A stretch of 64,000 nucleotides of DNA from Eukaryota sp. TZLM1-RC (lineage: Eukaryota; Protista; Metamonada: BaSk clade), in NCBI GenBank assembly GCA_040285825.1, contig JAUPSS010000004.1, forward strand, positions 3,789,658 to 3,853,657. The letters run 5' to 3'. Shown in pieces: positions 23,295-33,357 of this stretch. Every line of letters begins with the position of its first letter. Position 1 is the stretch's first letter. A program made the position numbers and the translations under genes. Below the pieces are notes generated by a model, which worked only from the letters and a program-made list of their open reading frames with translations, did no database searches and was not told where the DNA came from.

Positions 23295-25280
23295 TTATAC
23301 AGTGGAAGTTCCTTGCAAAAGCTTTTGTTCATATTGCTTCTTTTCAGAAATACCATAAAGATAGCAAATGCCCAGCAATACTAAACAAAGGACAGCGACA
23401 ATTCCAATGAGAATGTAAACACCCAGTTTAGAGGCGAATTGATACTTGTCAATAGCACACTTTTCTAATGGACCTTGGGCATCACCAGCAATACACTTGT
23501 CCATGCTTTTACACCATCCACAAGCTTCACTTTCGAAACATTGATCAATGTCAAGACCAACACAATGTTCAACAGGACCAAACTTTAACCAGTCAAAGTC
23601 AAACTTGTCGGGAAGACCTCTGTGGGGAACATGATCCTTGGGATCCTTGCGTTTTTCCCATTCAGAGAAAGACCAAACAGGAGCCTTGTGACTTTGAGTG
23701 GGACCAGCAACGGCATGGAACCAAAGACTCTTGATGGTACGTTGATCAACAATTTTGACATCAAAAGCACCAAAAGCAATTTGCTTATCTTCATCCTTAC
23801 GCAAATCATAGCGAGAAGAAATGGCAAAAGCATTAAAGTCTTCATGATCGTCTCTGTTGTTATAGCGCATGATGTCCTTCATTTCATCGAGGTTGGAAAC
23901 ACTGGGAGCTTGCTTCTTAAAGGTCTGACCTCTACCAGCGGTATCCCAGTTACCCCAAAGATCCTTAGGATCCATTGAACTCTGGGCTTTTTGTCTAGTA
24001 GCCCAAAGAGAAGGGGTGTTGTAACTTCCAAGATATCCTTGAGCCATCATTTGGGATGAATTATCATTCTTGTAAATGAAGGGACCAGGAAGTTGTTCAA
24101 TGACAGTAATAGTTCCCTTGGGAAGAGCCTTTCCAGGTGTAAATTTGTTGTAATCTATGACAACCCACATATTGTTATAGCTGTGATAAGAACAAACTAT
24201 TTTACATACGTTCCACTGTTATGACGAGAGAAGTGAGTGTACCACTCATCACCAGTATTGGACATACGGTTAGCAACAGTTACTCTGAGCCATTCAAGGT
24301 TGGTTTCAGGCTTGATGTAATCCTTCAATTCTGCGTCATTGAAGTGATGGGTGGTTTCAAAGACAGCCAATCCGTTTTCTAAGACATAAAAATCATCGAA
24401 AGAGAAGAGAAGACCGGGGTATGATGAAAATGACATTTTTTGGTTAACAGTTCCAGCAGTAGTAACTTCGAAGTCGTAAAACTTGAGAATGCGGTTTTGG
24501 GCACCATAGAAGAACCATGCATTTTGGGAAACCATGAGCTGGCTGTAGTCATCAGTTAGACGGATAAGAGCAGAACAATGTTCGAACATAGTTTCATCTT
24601 TAGCCTTAGGGTTGAATTTGTCGAGGATGTCCATCACGTCACCACTAGCTAAATGAAGCCAGAGATCAAATTCAGTAAGATATTCATCACATGATGCGGC
24701 ACTGGAGCAAACAGAGTGGTAACCTTTGACCATTCCTTGGATAAGTCAAGACATTGGACGCATACCATCAAACTGATCAAGAGTAAGACCTACTTGACCC
24801 CAATAAGTGTCTACATTGCGGTACTTCCAGACATTTTCGCGGACGAAGGCAAGGTTCTGTTTCAAGAAATCCATGACTTGTTCATTAAACTGGCCATCTA
24901 GGATGAGCAAGATGTATGAGACAAACATCTGTTTTCACAAAATTCCTTGAAGTTAAGTTTGTGCATGTAGATTTGGTCGTAGGTGAAGCGTCCTTCAAGA
25001 TAACCAGCGGCCTTCATCTGAAGTTCACTTGGGAAGTCCCCATTGGTGAAAACCTAGTGTCAAAAAAAGAGAAAGGTAACCATACATGAAGTTTGTGCCA
25101 TCCTTCCTTGTGAAGGGTATTCTCCCAGCGAGCGTAGGCAAGGACGTCAGACAGGGCAGGTGTCTTGGTATCCTCTTTAAAGACGAAAGACATAGTGTCT
25201 TGGTCGAAAGTAACGGATCCATAACGGACCTTGGCAGAGACCGCCAGGACTAAAAGAATGAGTGCGAAGAGAGCCTTCAT
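23295..25280 (-). CDS. Phospholipase B-like protein (PLBD family) with signal peptide, C-terminal Cys-rich (PSI-like) domain and TM; 4 introns (25054-25085, 24898-24926, 24736-24765, 24181-24209)
   Basis: Splicing the GT..AG introns gives GWHKLHVF..AAGYLEG, HCSALI, SFSSYPG..DDFY, NSGTYNNMW, ISSRYDL, GAFDVK. Confidence 0.9.
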
Positions 25281-26230
25281 GTTGGTAGTTAGTTGAAGTG
25301 TCCGAATTTCGTGCAAATCTTTTTCCAATGTCATCATCATAATTCTTAGTTCTTGATTAATTTATAGAACTTCAGCACTAAACTCAATAAACTCAATCCT
25401 ATTAGAATGATATTCATTAAAGCAAGGTTTCGACTACAAAATTTTGATTTAAACCTTAGTTCTTACTGAGAATTAAAAACACTTCATAGTTTTCATGATT
25501 GTTCTGTTCCTGAAAACATTTCAAAACCACGGATTGATACATCGGAAATGAGGAATATGTCATAAATTCATGAAAATCTTAAAAGATTCAAGTTAATTTC
25601 CTCATCTGAATTCTATATCGTGTATATAGTTGAAGCCAGGAGGAGGTGTTGATGGTGAGCAAGGTAGTGCATGGTACTAGTTTCAGGAGTGTTGTAGTTA
25701 ACTGTTATTGTTTAAACCACACACAGTATCAATTCACGATTATTTAAGTAACAATAGAAAAATAATTAATAATTCTCTCAATACAATTGGGACATAACAA
25801 TATTCTTCAACAAAACAGAAATTTGCTATACATCAGTACCTATTTGTGGGTAAAAAGTCGTAGAAAGTAAAAGGATCGAGCTTTATAGATTTAACTTCTG
25901 ATTTGGGCATTTTTTTTAAAGTTTTTATGTAAGAATTGAATTATATGATATTCTTTGTTAAATTGAAAACAGAAGTACAATGAATCCAATTCTTTGTTCT
26001 ATTTCCATAAAAAATCATAATCTATTGTGTTATATCAATATGATTAAGACAATAATGAATGAGTGGAAAAGTTGACGCAGATTACAGTTTGAATAACACT
26101 CAAAATCATTCATTGAATGGTGGTTCAACAATAGAAAACGACAAAGTTAAATTCATTTTATTTACAAATTAGTGTGAAAGCACACTGAAAAATATCAAAT
26201 AATAACTAAAATAAAGATTTAGTCAATGAC

Positions 26231-26938
26231 TTAATCCACAATTCTACGAATGTCGTCAAACAACGTTCCATCAAGACCTTCAACAACTTGACCCTCATTA
26301 GTTTTCCGTTTATGTCTATTTCTTACGAATGAGGTAGGAACAGAGCTCCGAACCCTAGCAAAAAGGTCAGCATCTTTAGACTCTATTCTACCGAGTTTTA
26401 CAGCTTTGTTTGATCGTTGGAAGGCCTTTGCTGTCTTGACAAAATTGTCATGTTGTTCACTGAGACACTGAGTACTTTGACGAGAACTTTCAGCTTTGGC
26501 TGCAATGTTCGCTGTCTGAGAAAGATCATTTGCCTTTTTAACAACAGTAGTGGGGTGAGGAGGACCAGGTTCTCCTTTGAAAAAGCATGTTGAGCGGAAA
26601 TCCTTGGAATTTTTACAAATGCGAGAAGTGTTTGTATTTGAGTGTAGTGGCTGAGAAGGTCGTTTTCTAGATAACAATCTAGCTTTGCTACGTTCACGGG
26701 ATGATTCCATTTGTCTGACTGACTGGCGCAGGAAAACCTGTGACGAGAGATTATCTGACAATAGATGTCGCTTTACATTTAGAGCATGACGATGCCGCTC
26801 TATAGCAATCGAGTGGTGATAGTGATTGGATGCAGTTTGGCTGGTTTCAAAAGATCGTGCTAATTGTTGTTCTCTTATAGCAGCTTGATGGGCAGTGCCA
26901 CTGAAAGAAGAAGCATGTGTTATAATCTGGGTTGACAT
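26231..26938 (-). CDS. Hypothetical basic protein (235 aa)
   Basis: Intact ATG-started ORF with coding-like GC content. Confidence 0.7.
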   Translation of the reverse strand: MSTQIITHASSFSGTAHQAAIREQQLARSFETSQTASNHYHHSIAIERHRHALNVKRHLLSDNLSSQVFLRQSVRQMESSRERSKARLLSRKRPSQPLHSNTNTSRICKNSKDFRSTCFFKGEPGPPHPTTVVKKANDLSQTANIAAKAESSRQSTQCLSEQHDNFVKTAKAFQRSNKAVKLGRIESKDADLFARVRSSVPTSFVRNRHKRKTNEGQVVEGLDGTLFDDIRRIVD

Positions 26939-27300
26939 AGACTAAAAGTACAAAAATGTCAAATAGTTGTAACCCGTTGAGATTACTGGAATATGAAGAT
27001 GAAGTGAATCAAGTTGATCTTTTCAAAACTTGAGGTCTTTCATTTCCTTTGATATACTCATCCACAACAACATGAATCATATTAAGAACAGCATTGGCAT
27101 TACGATTCCATAGACGTCCACATCTCTTGTAAGTGAGTAATCCATGTCTAAGGACTTTTGGAGTCTTTGCTCTCATGTAAGGTCTTGAATTAGGTACTCG
27201 ATGTTTCTTTACATTTTCGGCCTTCTTTTCCCTCGAGTACACATGCATGACATCGACAACTAGTTTTATATTCATCCAGCAGCATTTGACGGAAGTTACG
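26939..27300 (-). mobile_element. Fanzor 3'-end remnant (copy 2) abutting the ATG at 26938
   Basis: An alternative frame gives LLDEYKTSCRCHAC, followed by RHGLLTYKRCGRLWNRNANAVLNM..RPQVLKRST* (stop 27009-27011), then 70 nt to the ATG. Confidence 0.9.
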
Positions 27301-27399
27301 TTTTTTAAACATCTTTTGATAACCAACATTCTTTGTTCTATACTGTATCTGGTGATTCTATTTATTGACATGAGATACAAACTAGGATTTCCTTCAGGC

Positions 27400-28300
27400 G
27401 TAGTTTGGGAATAATATTTTTTGAACTTTACCTCACTTTATTTTTGGAAAAACTTCCGTGGAAGTCTTTTTTGAGACTCTACCGTGCATAGAAATGTGGA
27501 CACAATTCATGGCAGCAGTTTCTTCTTCTAGAACGGACAGAAAAGCATTGAAAAGATTTGAATCAGCAGGGTGGTTCAGAGTATTGATAAGAGAAGAAGT
27601 ACAAAAGGAAGTATAACAGGATGAGTCTAGATAAAAGAAATTTTCCACAGATTGAAAAATGTCTGTATAAAAAATGTTTCAATAGAAAGGCCTTGAAGAA
27701 GCGTTGGTCATGTCCCCAAAGTTGAACAACTTTGTGGGTGACAACATAATCATTAATTTTTTCTTCTATACAATTTTTTAATAAAAGTCTCTTTAAGCCC
27801 ATTTTTTCAGTTAAAATCAGTAATGTTTTAGCAAGTCGGTCATAATTTGATGTCGCAGAAGGACACTTGAACATTGATAATTTTCATCTATTAAAATTAT
27901 TTGAATCTATTAAAGGAGTTCTGTACTTCTTGATTTTGAACTTTTCAGTGGATAGTGATGACATTTTCGCCAACGGTCTTCTTTTCTGGTAATGTTCACA
28001 CAATGTAGGAAGAATAAACCCAAGATCAGTAATTAGATTTGACCAAAAGCGATTTGGTTGCTCCTTATTTGAAATACTATTTTTTAATCGTTGTAATTCT
28101 TTTAGTAGATTTTCAATTCTTTCTGAAGTCACAAAAGTCCTGTAGCTGGAAAGAATTATAGCAATATGTTGAATATTCTTTTATTTTGTAGGTAAATATC
28201 GAGAAATAAGGATTTTTCAGCAGCATTACGTCCTAAAATAATTTTAAAGCCAGGTATACACGGACGTAACACTGCATTTCTGTTACCTTTGTATTTTTTC
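27400..28300 (-). pseudogene. Fragmented unidentified reading frame
   Basis: Consecutive short minus-strand ORFs at 27433-28132; no recognisable motif. Confidence 0.3.
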
Positions 28301-28822
28301 GTTTCTTCTTTTGATCTAGTTAATCAATTGGGTGCTTACATTCCAGGTTTTTAGAAATTGTACTTTATTTATTTTTAATTTTTTTTTATTTATTTATTTT
28401 TACTTTACTTATTTTTAACTTAACTAGCTTAGTTAGTGACGAATTCTTCACTCTTTCAGGAGCCAACTCAATCACACTGGATGACAAAACAAGGCTAAAA
28501 CAGAATCACACCTTTGGTTAACCAAAGCTTCGGCCGCTTTACAGAGTGGGCCGGCAGTGTCTGGGTTGTCATTGGCTATAAATACTCTATAAAGAGACCA
28601 AATTTAAAATCAAAAAAATACTGATTAAGCCAACTACAATTACCACCAATTTCTTCAAAACCAATTTGCTATCAAGAATATACTGTGCGTATAAACTGTG
28701 TCGTTTCTGTGGATCTAACTATCCGAGAAGATGTCAAAAAATGAATTTCCAGAATGCCTTTTATAATTGTTTCATATGAGTTTGAAATGCATTGAGACCT
28801 TGTACACCATTCAAGTATTGGT

Positions 28823-29332
28823 TTATTGTATTTGGACCTTTCGTTTTGAGCTTTTCTTTTTTGAGGGAGTGGAAAAGTCGTAGATTCGTGGACACTTTTG
28901 AGCAATAATTATTATTATAATTGAATCCATAGCAAATCCATAGCAATTACCACAAGCAGTGAGTGCCAATGTATGATGAACACCTACACTACAAGAAACA
29001 ATGTTAGAGAAGAAGGGTAACTGGAAATTCTTTCTACTAGTAGCATGAGGAGGAAAATATCGGGAGAGAACACCAGGTGTTGGAGATGAGAATAAAGAAA
29101 CAGAAGGTGCAACAGAGCCAATAAGGTTGATTCGTTTTGTGCGAGACCAGAGAATTGAGTTTCCTTTAGATATGTAGCGAATTCTGTGAGATGGTACAGA
29201 TAAGGCAAGAAAATCGTGAAGAGGGAGGAAGAATACACCGCCAAATCTATCCACAAAACCAACAAAGAAACGTTCTTTAGACAAAGAAGTATCGTGGACT
29301 AATCTGTTGATGATGCTGAGAGCGTCTTTCAT
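28823..29332 (-). CDS. MJ1316-like RNA-binding domain plus a partial RCC1 repeat, probably 3'-truncated
   Basis: IINRLVHD..FFVGFVDRFGG..VPSHRIRYI..LWSR; IVSCSVGVHHTLALTACGNCYGF, then an abrupt change to AT-rich sequence. Confidence 0.65.
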   Translation of the reverse strand: MKDALSIINRLVHDTSLSKERFFVGFVDRFGGVFFLPLHDFLALSVPSHRIRYISKGNSILWSRTKRINLIGSVAPSVSLFSSPTPGVLSRYFPPHATSRKNFQLPFFSNIVSCSVGVHHTLALTACGNCYGFAMDSIIIIIIAQKCPRIYDFSTPSKKKSSKRKVQIQ

Positions 29333-29539
29333 GAGTTACATAGAGTTGAAATTCCAGAAACTTTTACAAAGGATACCTAGTTTATGAACCTAGTTTATGA
29401 AGTGAGGGAAAAGTGTGGGAATAGTGAAAACCTCCCAAAACCAAATTGAGGGTTAAAAACCTCCCAGAACAGGCAACCAGAAGTCGAAAATGGGGTGACA
29501 AGTGTAAAATTTGATAGATGAGCTCTTTATTCTCATTAC

Positions 29540-31556
29540 ATGTCAGACACCCACCCTGTGTCACGTGTATTCACTCGGCCTTGTGCACTTAACTCGCTGC
29601 TGACCCCTGCAGCGGTGCAACAAATTCGGACTGACCTTCCTTCGGTCACCGAGATTTGTCATGAAGCTTCTTTATTGCTTCAATCTTTTCTTCTAAATTT
29701 TCCGTTGGCATCTAGAGCTTTAGTGGAACAGGATGTATGGTATATGTTTATGACCGTCATCACCACTGGTTCTTTTCCAAAGCCTTCCCACTTCTAAAGG
29801 CCAACGCCAATTACTCCATATCTTTTACATCGGATTTCTTCCTGAATGCCCACAAGACAGGTCTCTTGTTTCTTTGTGGGAAAATTCTTTAGTGCCTTAC
29901 AGAAATTCATTCAATCTTTTTCTCAATGCTTGGCTGCAATCTCAGAATTGTGATTTTATCAATAGAAAAGGGCTTTCTCCTTACCTTGCTTGTCGGGCTC
30001 GTCAATTGGCCTCCAACGTGAAGATAAGTTTACCCAAAATTTGTCAATCCTGGACAAAAAACTTTATTCGTGCTCATTGTAGAGCCCTGAATAAAACAAA
30101 TGTCTTTGCAAATAATATTCTTTCACTTTTGCCAGATGAACTACTAGCCCAACCCGAGGAAGTAGTAGTTGATTCTGTTCTTGATTACCTCATCAATTTC
30201 AATTTGAATAATTCAAGAGAAAGATTTTTTTTATTGAATGCATGTAGGTTTATCTTGAATCTCCTTCAAAGATTTCCTACCACTGCCTCCCTACTGTTCT
30301 CACATGATAAAATCACTTTTTCATCAAAGGAAATTGGTGAGCTTTTTCTCTTTAATCTTAAAATTTCACAATACTTACTCACTTTCTTTTCTCATATGTA
30401 TTGCTGGAAGAAATTTAGAATAATACCTTTAGCTTCTCATAAAGGTTCTAAATTTATTGAGGTACCTTCACAAATTTTCCACTCTGTGAAAAAATTTCCA
30501 ATTATTGAAGGATCATTTTCCAAAACAAAGTTTATCAAAAATACATGTCTGAAACGAATATTCAAACAATGTCCTTACCAAAAATTCAATATCAACAGAA
30601 AAAGTTTGAAAAATAGATTTAACAAAATTTTATTGAAAACTAATGGTAATGAACTGCATTTGACCTTTGAAGGTAAAAATAATGACTCAGAAAACACAGA
30701 TGAGCTGGATGAACCACCGAAAAAGAAAAGAAGATCAAAAAATGAAATGAAAAGTGACCCTAATGCCAACAAAACCAGAGAAACACAGTTGAAGGGTACT
30801 AAAAAAATGCCCCGTCGAAGACGTAGACCTCCAGTCGAAATTTTACCTGAAAGCCCCCTTATCGGCGTTGATCTTGGCCAATCAAGATTATGTGGTTACT
30901 TCTTAAATGATAATCAATGTGGAGTTATCCCTTGTCCAACTGGCAGAAGATACATGACAAAACCTTCACCCAGTAAACACTCTCCCAACCAATATTCCGT
31001 TCAAAATTTCAACCAATATTTGAACCATTGGAATTTGGTTAGGAGGAAAGTGTATTTGGAAAGTAATCGCCAGAAATGGAAAATAATTAAATTTGATAAC
31101 CGCAGACGAAAAGAGAGACGGTTCAGAGAGAGTCTCAACAAATTTCAAAGGCTGGCTGGACATCCTGATAAACTCTATCTTGCTGTGGGTTCTGCTAATT
31201 TCCCTTTTCATTGCCGAAAAGTCAATCGATATGGATCAGCAAGAGCTTTCAGAAAATGGTTGTGTTATCAAAAGGACGTGAAGCACTTGTCAACCAGTGA
31301 ATTTAATACAAGCAAACTGTCAAGTTGTTGCATGGTCGAGAATATTCAAGCAGGATCATGGCAGATGCGTATTTGTACTGAGTGTCAAATAGTATATGAC
31401 AGAGATATTTCCGCTGCAAAAAACATTCAAATTAAGAAGAAAGCGGAATTGTGGCCGGAAAGATACATTTGCCCAGATGCTCTGTTGAGGAGATTGAATA
31501 GGGGCCGTGAGCATACAGAAACAAAAACTTTTGAGACCGATCTACAAATGCCTTAG
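29540..31556 (+). mobile_element. Near-intact Fanzor nuclease gene (about 670 codons; one frameshift near 29785-29797)
   Basis: LIGVDLG (RuvC-I D), SEFNTSK (RuvC-II E), SCC..ICTEC ZnF, YDRDISAAKNI (RuvC-III D), NLS-like PPKKKRR. Confidence 0.9.
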
Positions 31557-31770
31557 TAGCATTTGGTAGATCCACTTAGATACATCAAGTCGCGAGGCTT
31601 TGTTCTGTGAAAGCAGTGGGTGTATTTAAATGAGGTAGGCCATTGATGAAGATCATGATTGTCTTTGTCAAATGACGCTACATGTCTCTTACAGCCTGTG
31701 AGTAGACATTGAGAAAGTTGAAAACAGGAGTGAATTTCACAGGGGAATGCATGATAAGTGAAATTCACAG
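31557..31770 (+). ncRNA. Candidate Fanzor omegaRNA scaffold / right end
   Basis: Directly downstream of the Fanzor stop; perfect 11-bp stem GTGAATTTCAC (31730-40) / GTGAAATTCAC (31758-68); motif shared with 39396-39421. Confidence 0.55.
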
Positions 31771-31848
31771 TTATAATTGAAAACTACAAATCTAAAATTA
31801 CAAACAGAGTGCAGGGAAAACAGCTGTGCTGTACTTCACAGCCTATCG

Positions 31849-33198
31849 ATGTTACCTCGTACCCTCCCCAAACGTCCACAGCTGAAGGTTCCATCACAAG
31901 GGCTTTCTGTACGCGATGGACCTTTAGTCACACTTGCAGAATTGACCGAGTCAAAGCCTACAAATTTCTCCACTGTTGTTTACACTCTTGAAGTTTCTGT
32001 ACCTCGTTCAACACAAGGAAAGGATTGTGTATGTCTACTTTCTGTAGTAGATAAAACACATACTTCTTTAACACGTTCCTTCATGGTCAACAGTTTTCTG
32101 AATCCCACTGAACTGGTCTCTTCCCAAATCCTACAGTATCTCTCTCCGGGAAAAGTGATTGTAATCAGATCAGCTGGTCTTGACGTCAAACATGACTCCC
32201 CTCAAATCACTATTAATTCATTTGCTTCAAAAGCAATTTCAATTTACTCCCCCACTGACCCTTCATCCCCCGTTACTGGAACACCTCCTCCTGTACACTT
32301 CAGCTCTCGCATTCAGGAAGTTTGCCAATGGTCTGTGGGTTGGGTAGCACAACAGAGTGGGACACTTTCTCCATATGAAGGCCGTCCTTTTCTTTGTGGA
32401 AGATTTCTTGCATTATCCGATGATGTTCTTACTATGACATTTAAACAGGATCTAGAAGTTAAGTCTGAGATCACTTGTATTGATAACACTAACTTTAAGT
32501 CAACCAAACTCTCTTTATTGCCTGGAAAACTACTATTTAAGCTATCATGTTTGGCTCTGGGGACGGTTATTAGAGTAAAGTATTATAGAATTGAACCAGA
32601 TTCAAAGGAAGTCAATGGCAACTTTAAAACAACAATTTCCATGTTACATGATTTATTAGCAATTTATTATGGTATACCTGAATTATCAGATTCAATTATA
32701 ACTAATTTAGTAGTAAAAGAAACCTATTCTTCGGAGTCTGTTCCTGTTGGCGGTGTTTCTGTAGCAGTTCGCCATTTATCAAGTGCCATGAACAATTTGA
32801 ACTTTCCTACTGACACCAGTTCAATCAGTTTAGTAGCAGTCAAATTCAAAGTTGATGGTATCTTTCCTGAAAAATCCAAATGGAGAATTAATGTTTGTAA
32901 TAATTGTAAATCTTGGTTTGAATCCGGGAGTTGCTTGAGTTGTAGTGAATCTTTGGACACCTATCCTTTACATCGATTAACTCTATTAGGATCTTGTTTG
33001 GTTAATCCAACTGTGGCTCAAATAATTGTTTTGGATGTCATTACTCCTGAAATATTTGAATTTATTGAAGGGTTTTGTTTAGCGGATAGATTAATGGCTG
33101 GTAATGTCGCTTTAATAGGATTAGCTGCTGGCTATAGGAATCCAATGAATGGGCAAAAAATCCTTCAGTTAATTAAGTACTACGACATTTGTGAATAA
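31849..33198 (+). CDS. POT1: POT1/TEBP-alpha-like telomere OB-fold protein
   Basis: VPRSTQGKDCVCLLSVVDKT, PGKVIVIR; C-terminal CxxC..CxxC OB domain. Confidence 0.7.
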   Translation: MLPRTLPKRPQLKVPSQGLSVRDGPLVTLAELTESKPTNFSTVVYTLEVSVPRSTQGKDCVCLLSVVDKTHTSLTRSFMVNSFLNPTELVSSQILQYLSPGKVIVIRSAGLDVKHDSPQITINSFASKAISIYSPTDPSSPVTGTPPPVHFSSRIQEVCQWSVGWVAQQSGTLSPYEGRPFLCGRFLALSDDVLTMTFKQDLEVKSEITCIDNTNFKSTKLSLLPGKLLFKLSCLALGTVIRVKYYRIEPDSKEVNGNFKTTISMLHDLLAIYYGIPELSDSIITNLVVKETYSSESVPVGGVSVAVRHLSSAMNNLNFPTDTSSISLVAVKFKVDGIFPEKSKWRINVCNNCKSWFESGSCLSCSESLDTYPLHRLTLLGSCLVNPTVAQIIVLDVITPEIFEFIEGFCLADRLMAGNVALIGLAAGYRNPMNGQKILQLIKYYDICE

Positions 33199-33357
33199 TT
33201 TATAATTTTAAACTTTAAATAATTTAATAATTTCAAAGTTTAAATAATTCTTGAATTTTTAAATAATTACAAACTACTATTTACAAAGTTTTGCGTAAAA
33301 TATGATACAAAAAAGTTGCAAAAAAGGCTAAATGCTACTTAAATAGAATAAATAAAA

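Noticed and set aside
26939-27008. 70-nt spacer as a spliced-leader gene or an intron
   Set aside because: It is contiguous with Fanzor coding sequence, has no AG acceptor at the ATG junction, and most genes lack it.
29789-29800. Programmed +1 frameshift at TTC TAA
   Set aside because: Cannot be distinguished from mutation, sequencing error or an intron without other copies; kept only as a possibility.
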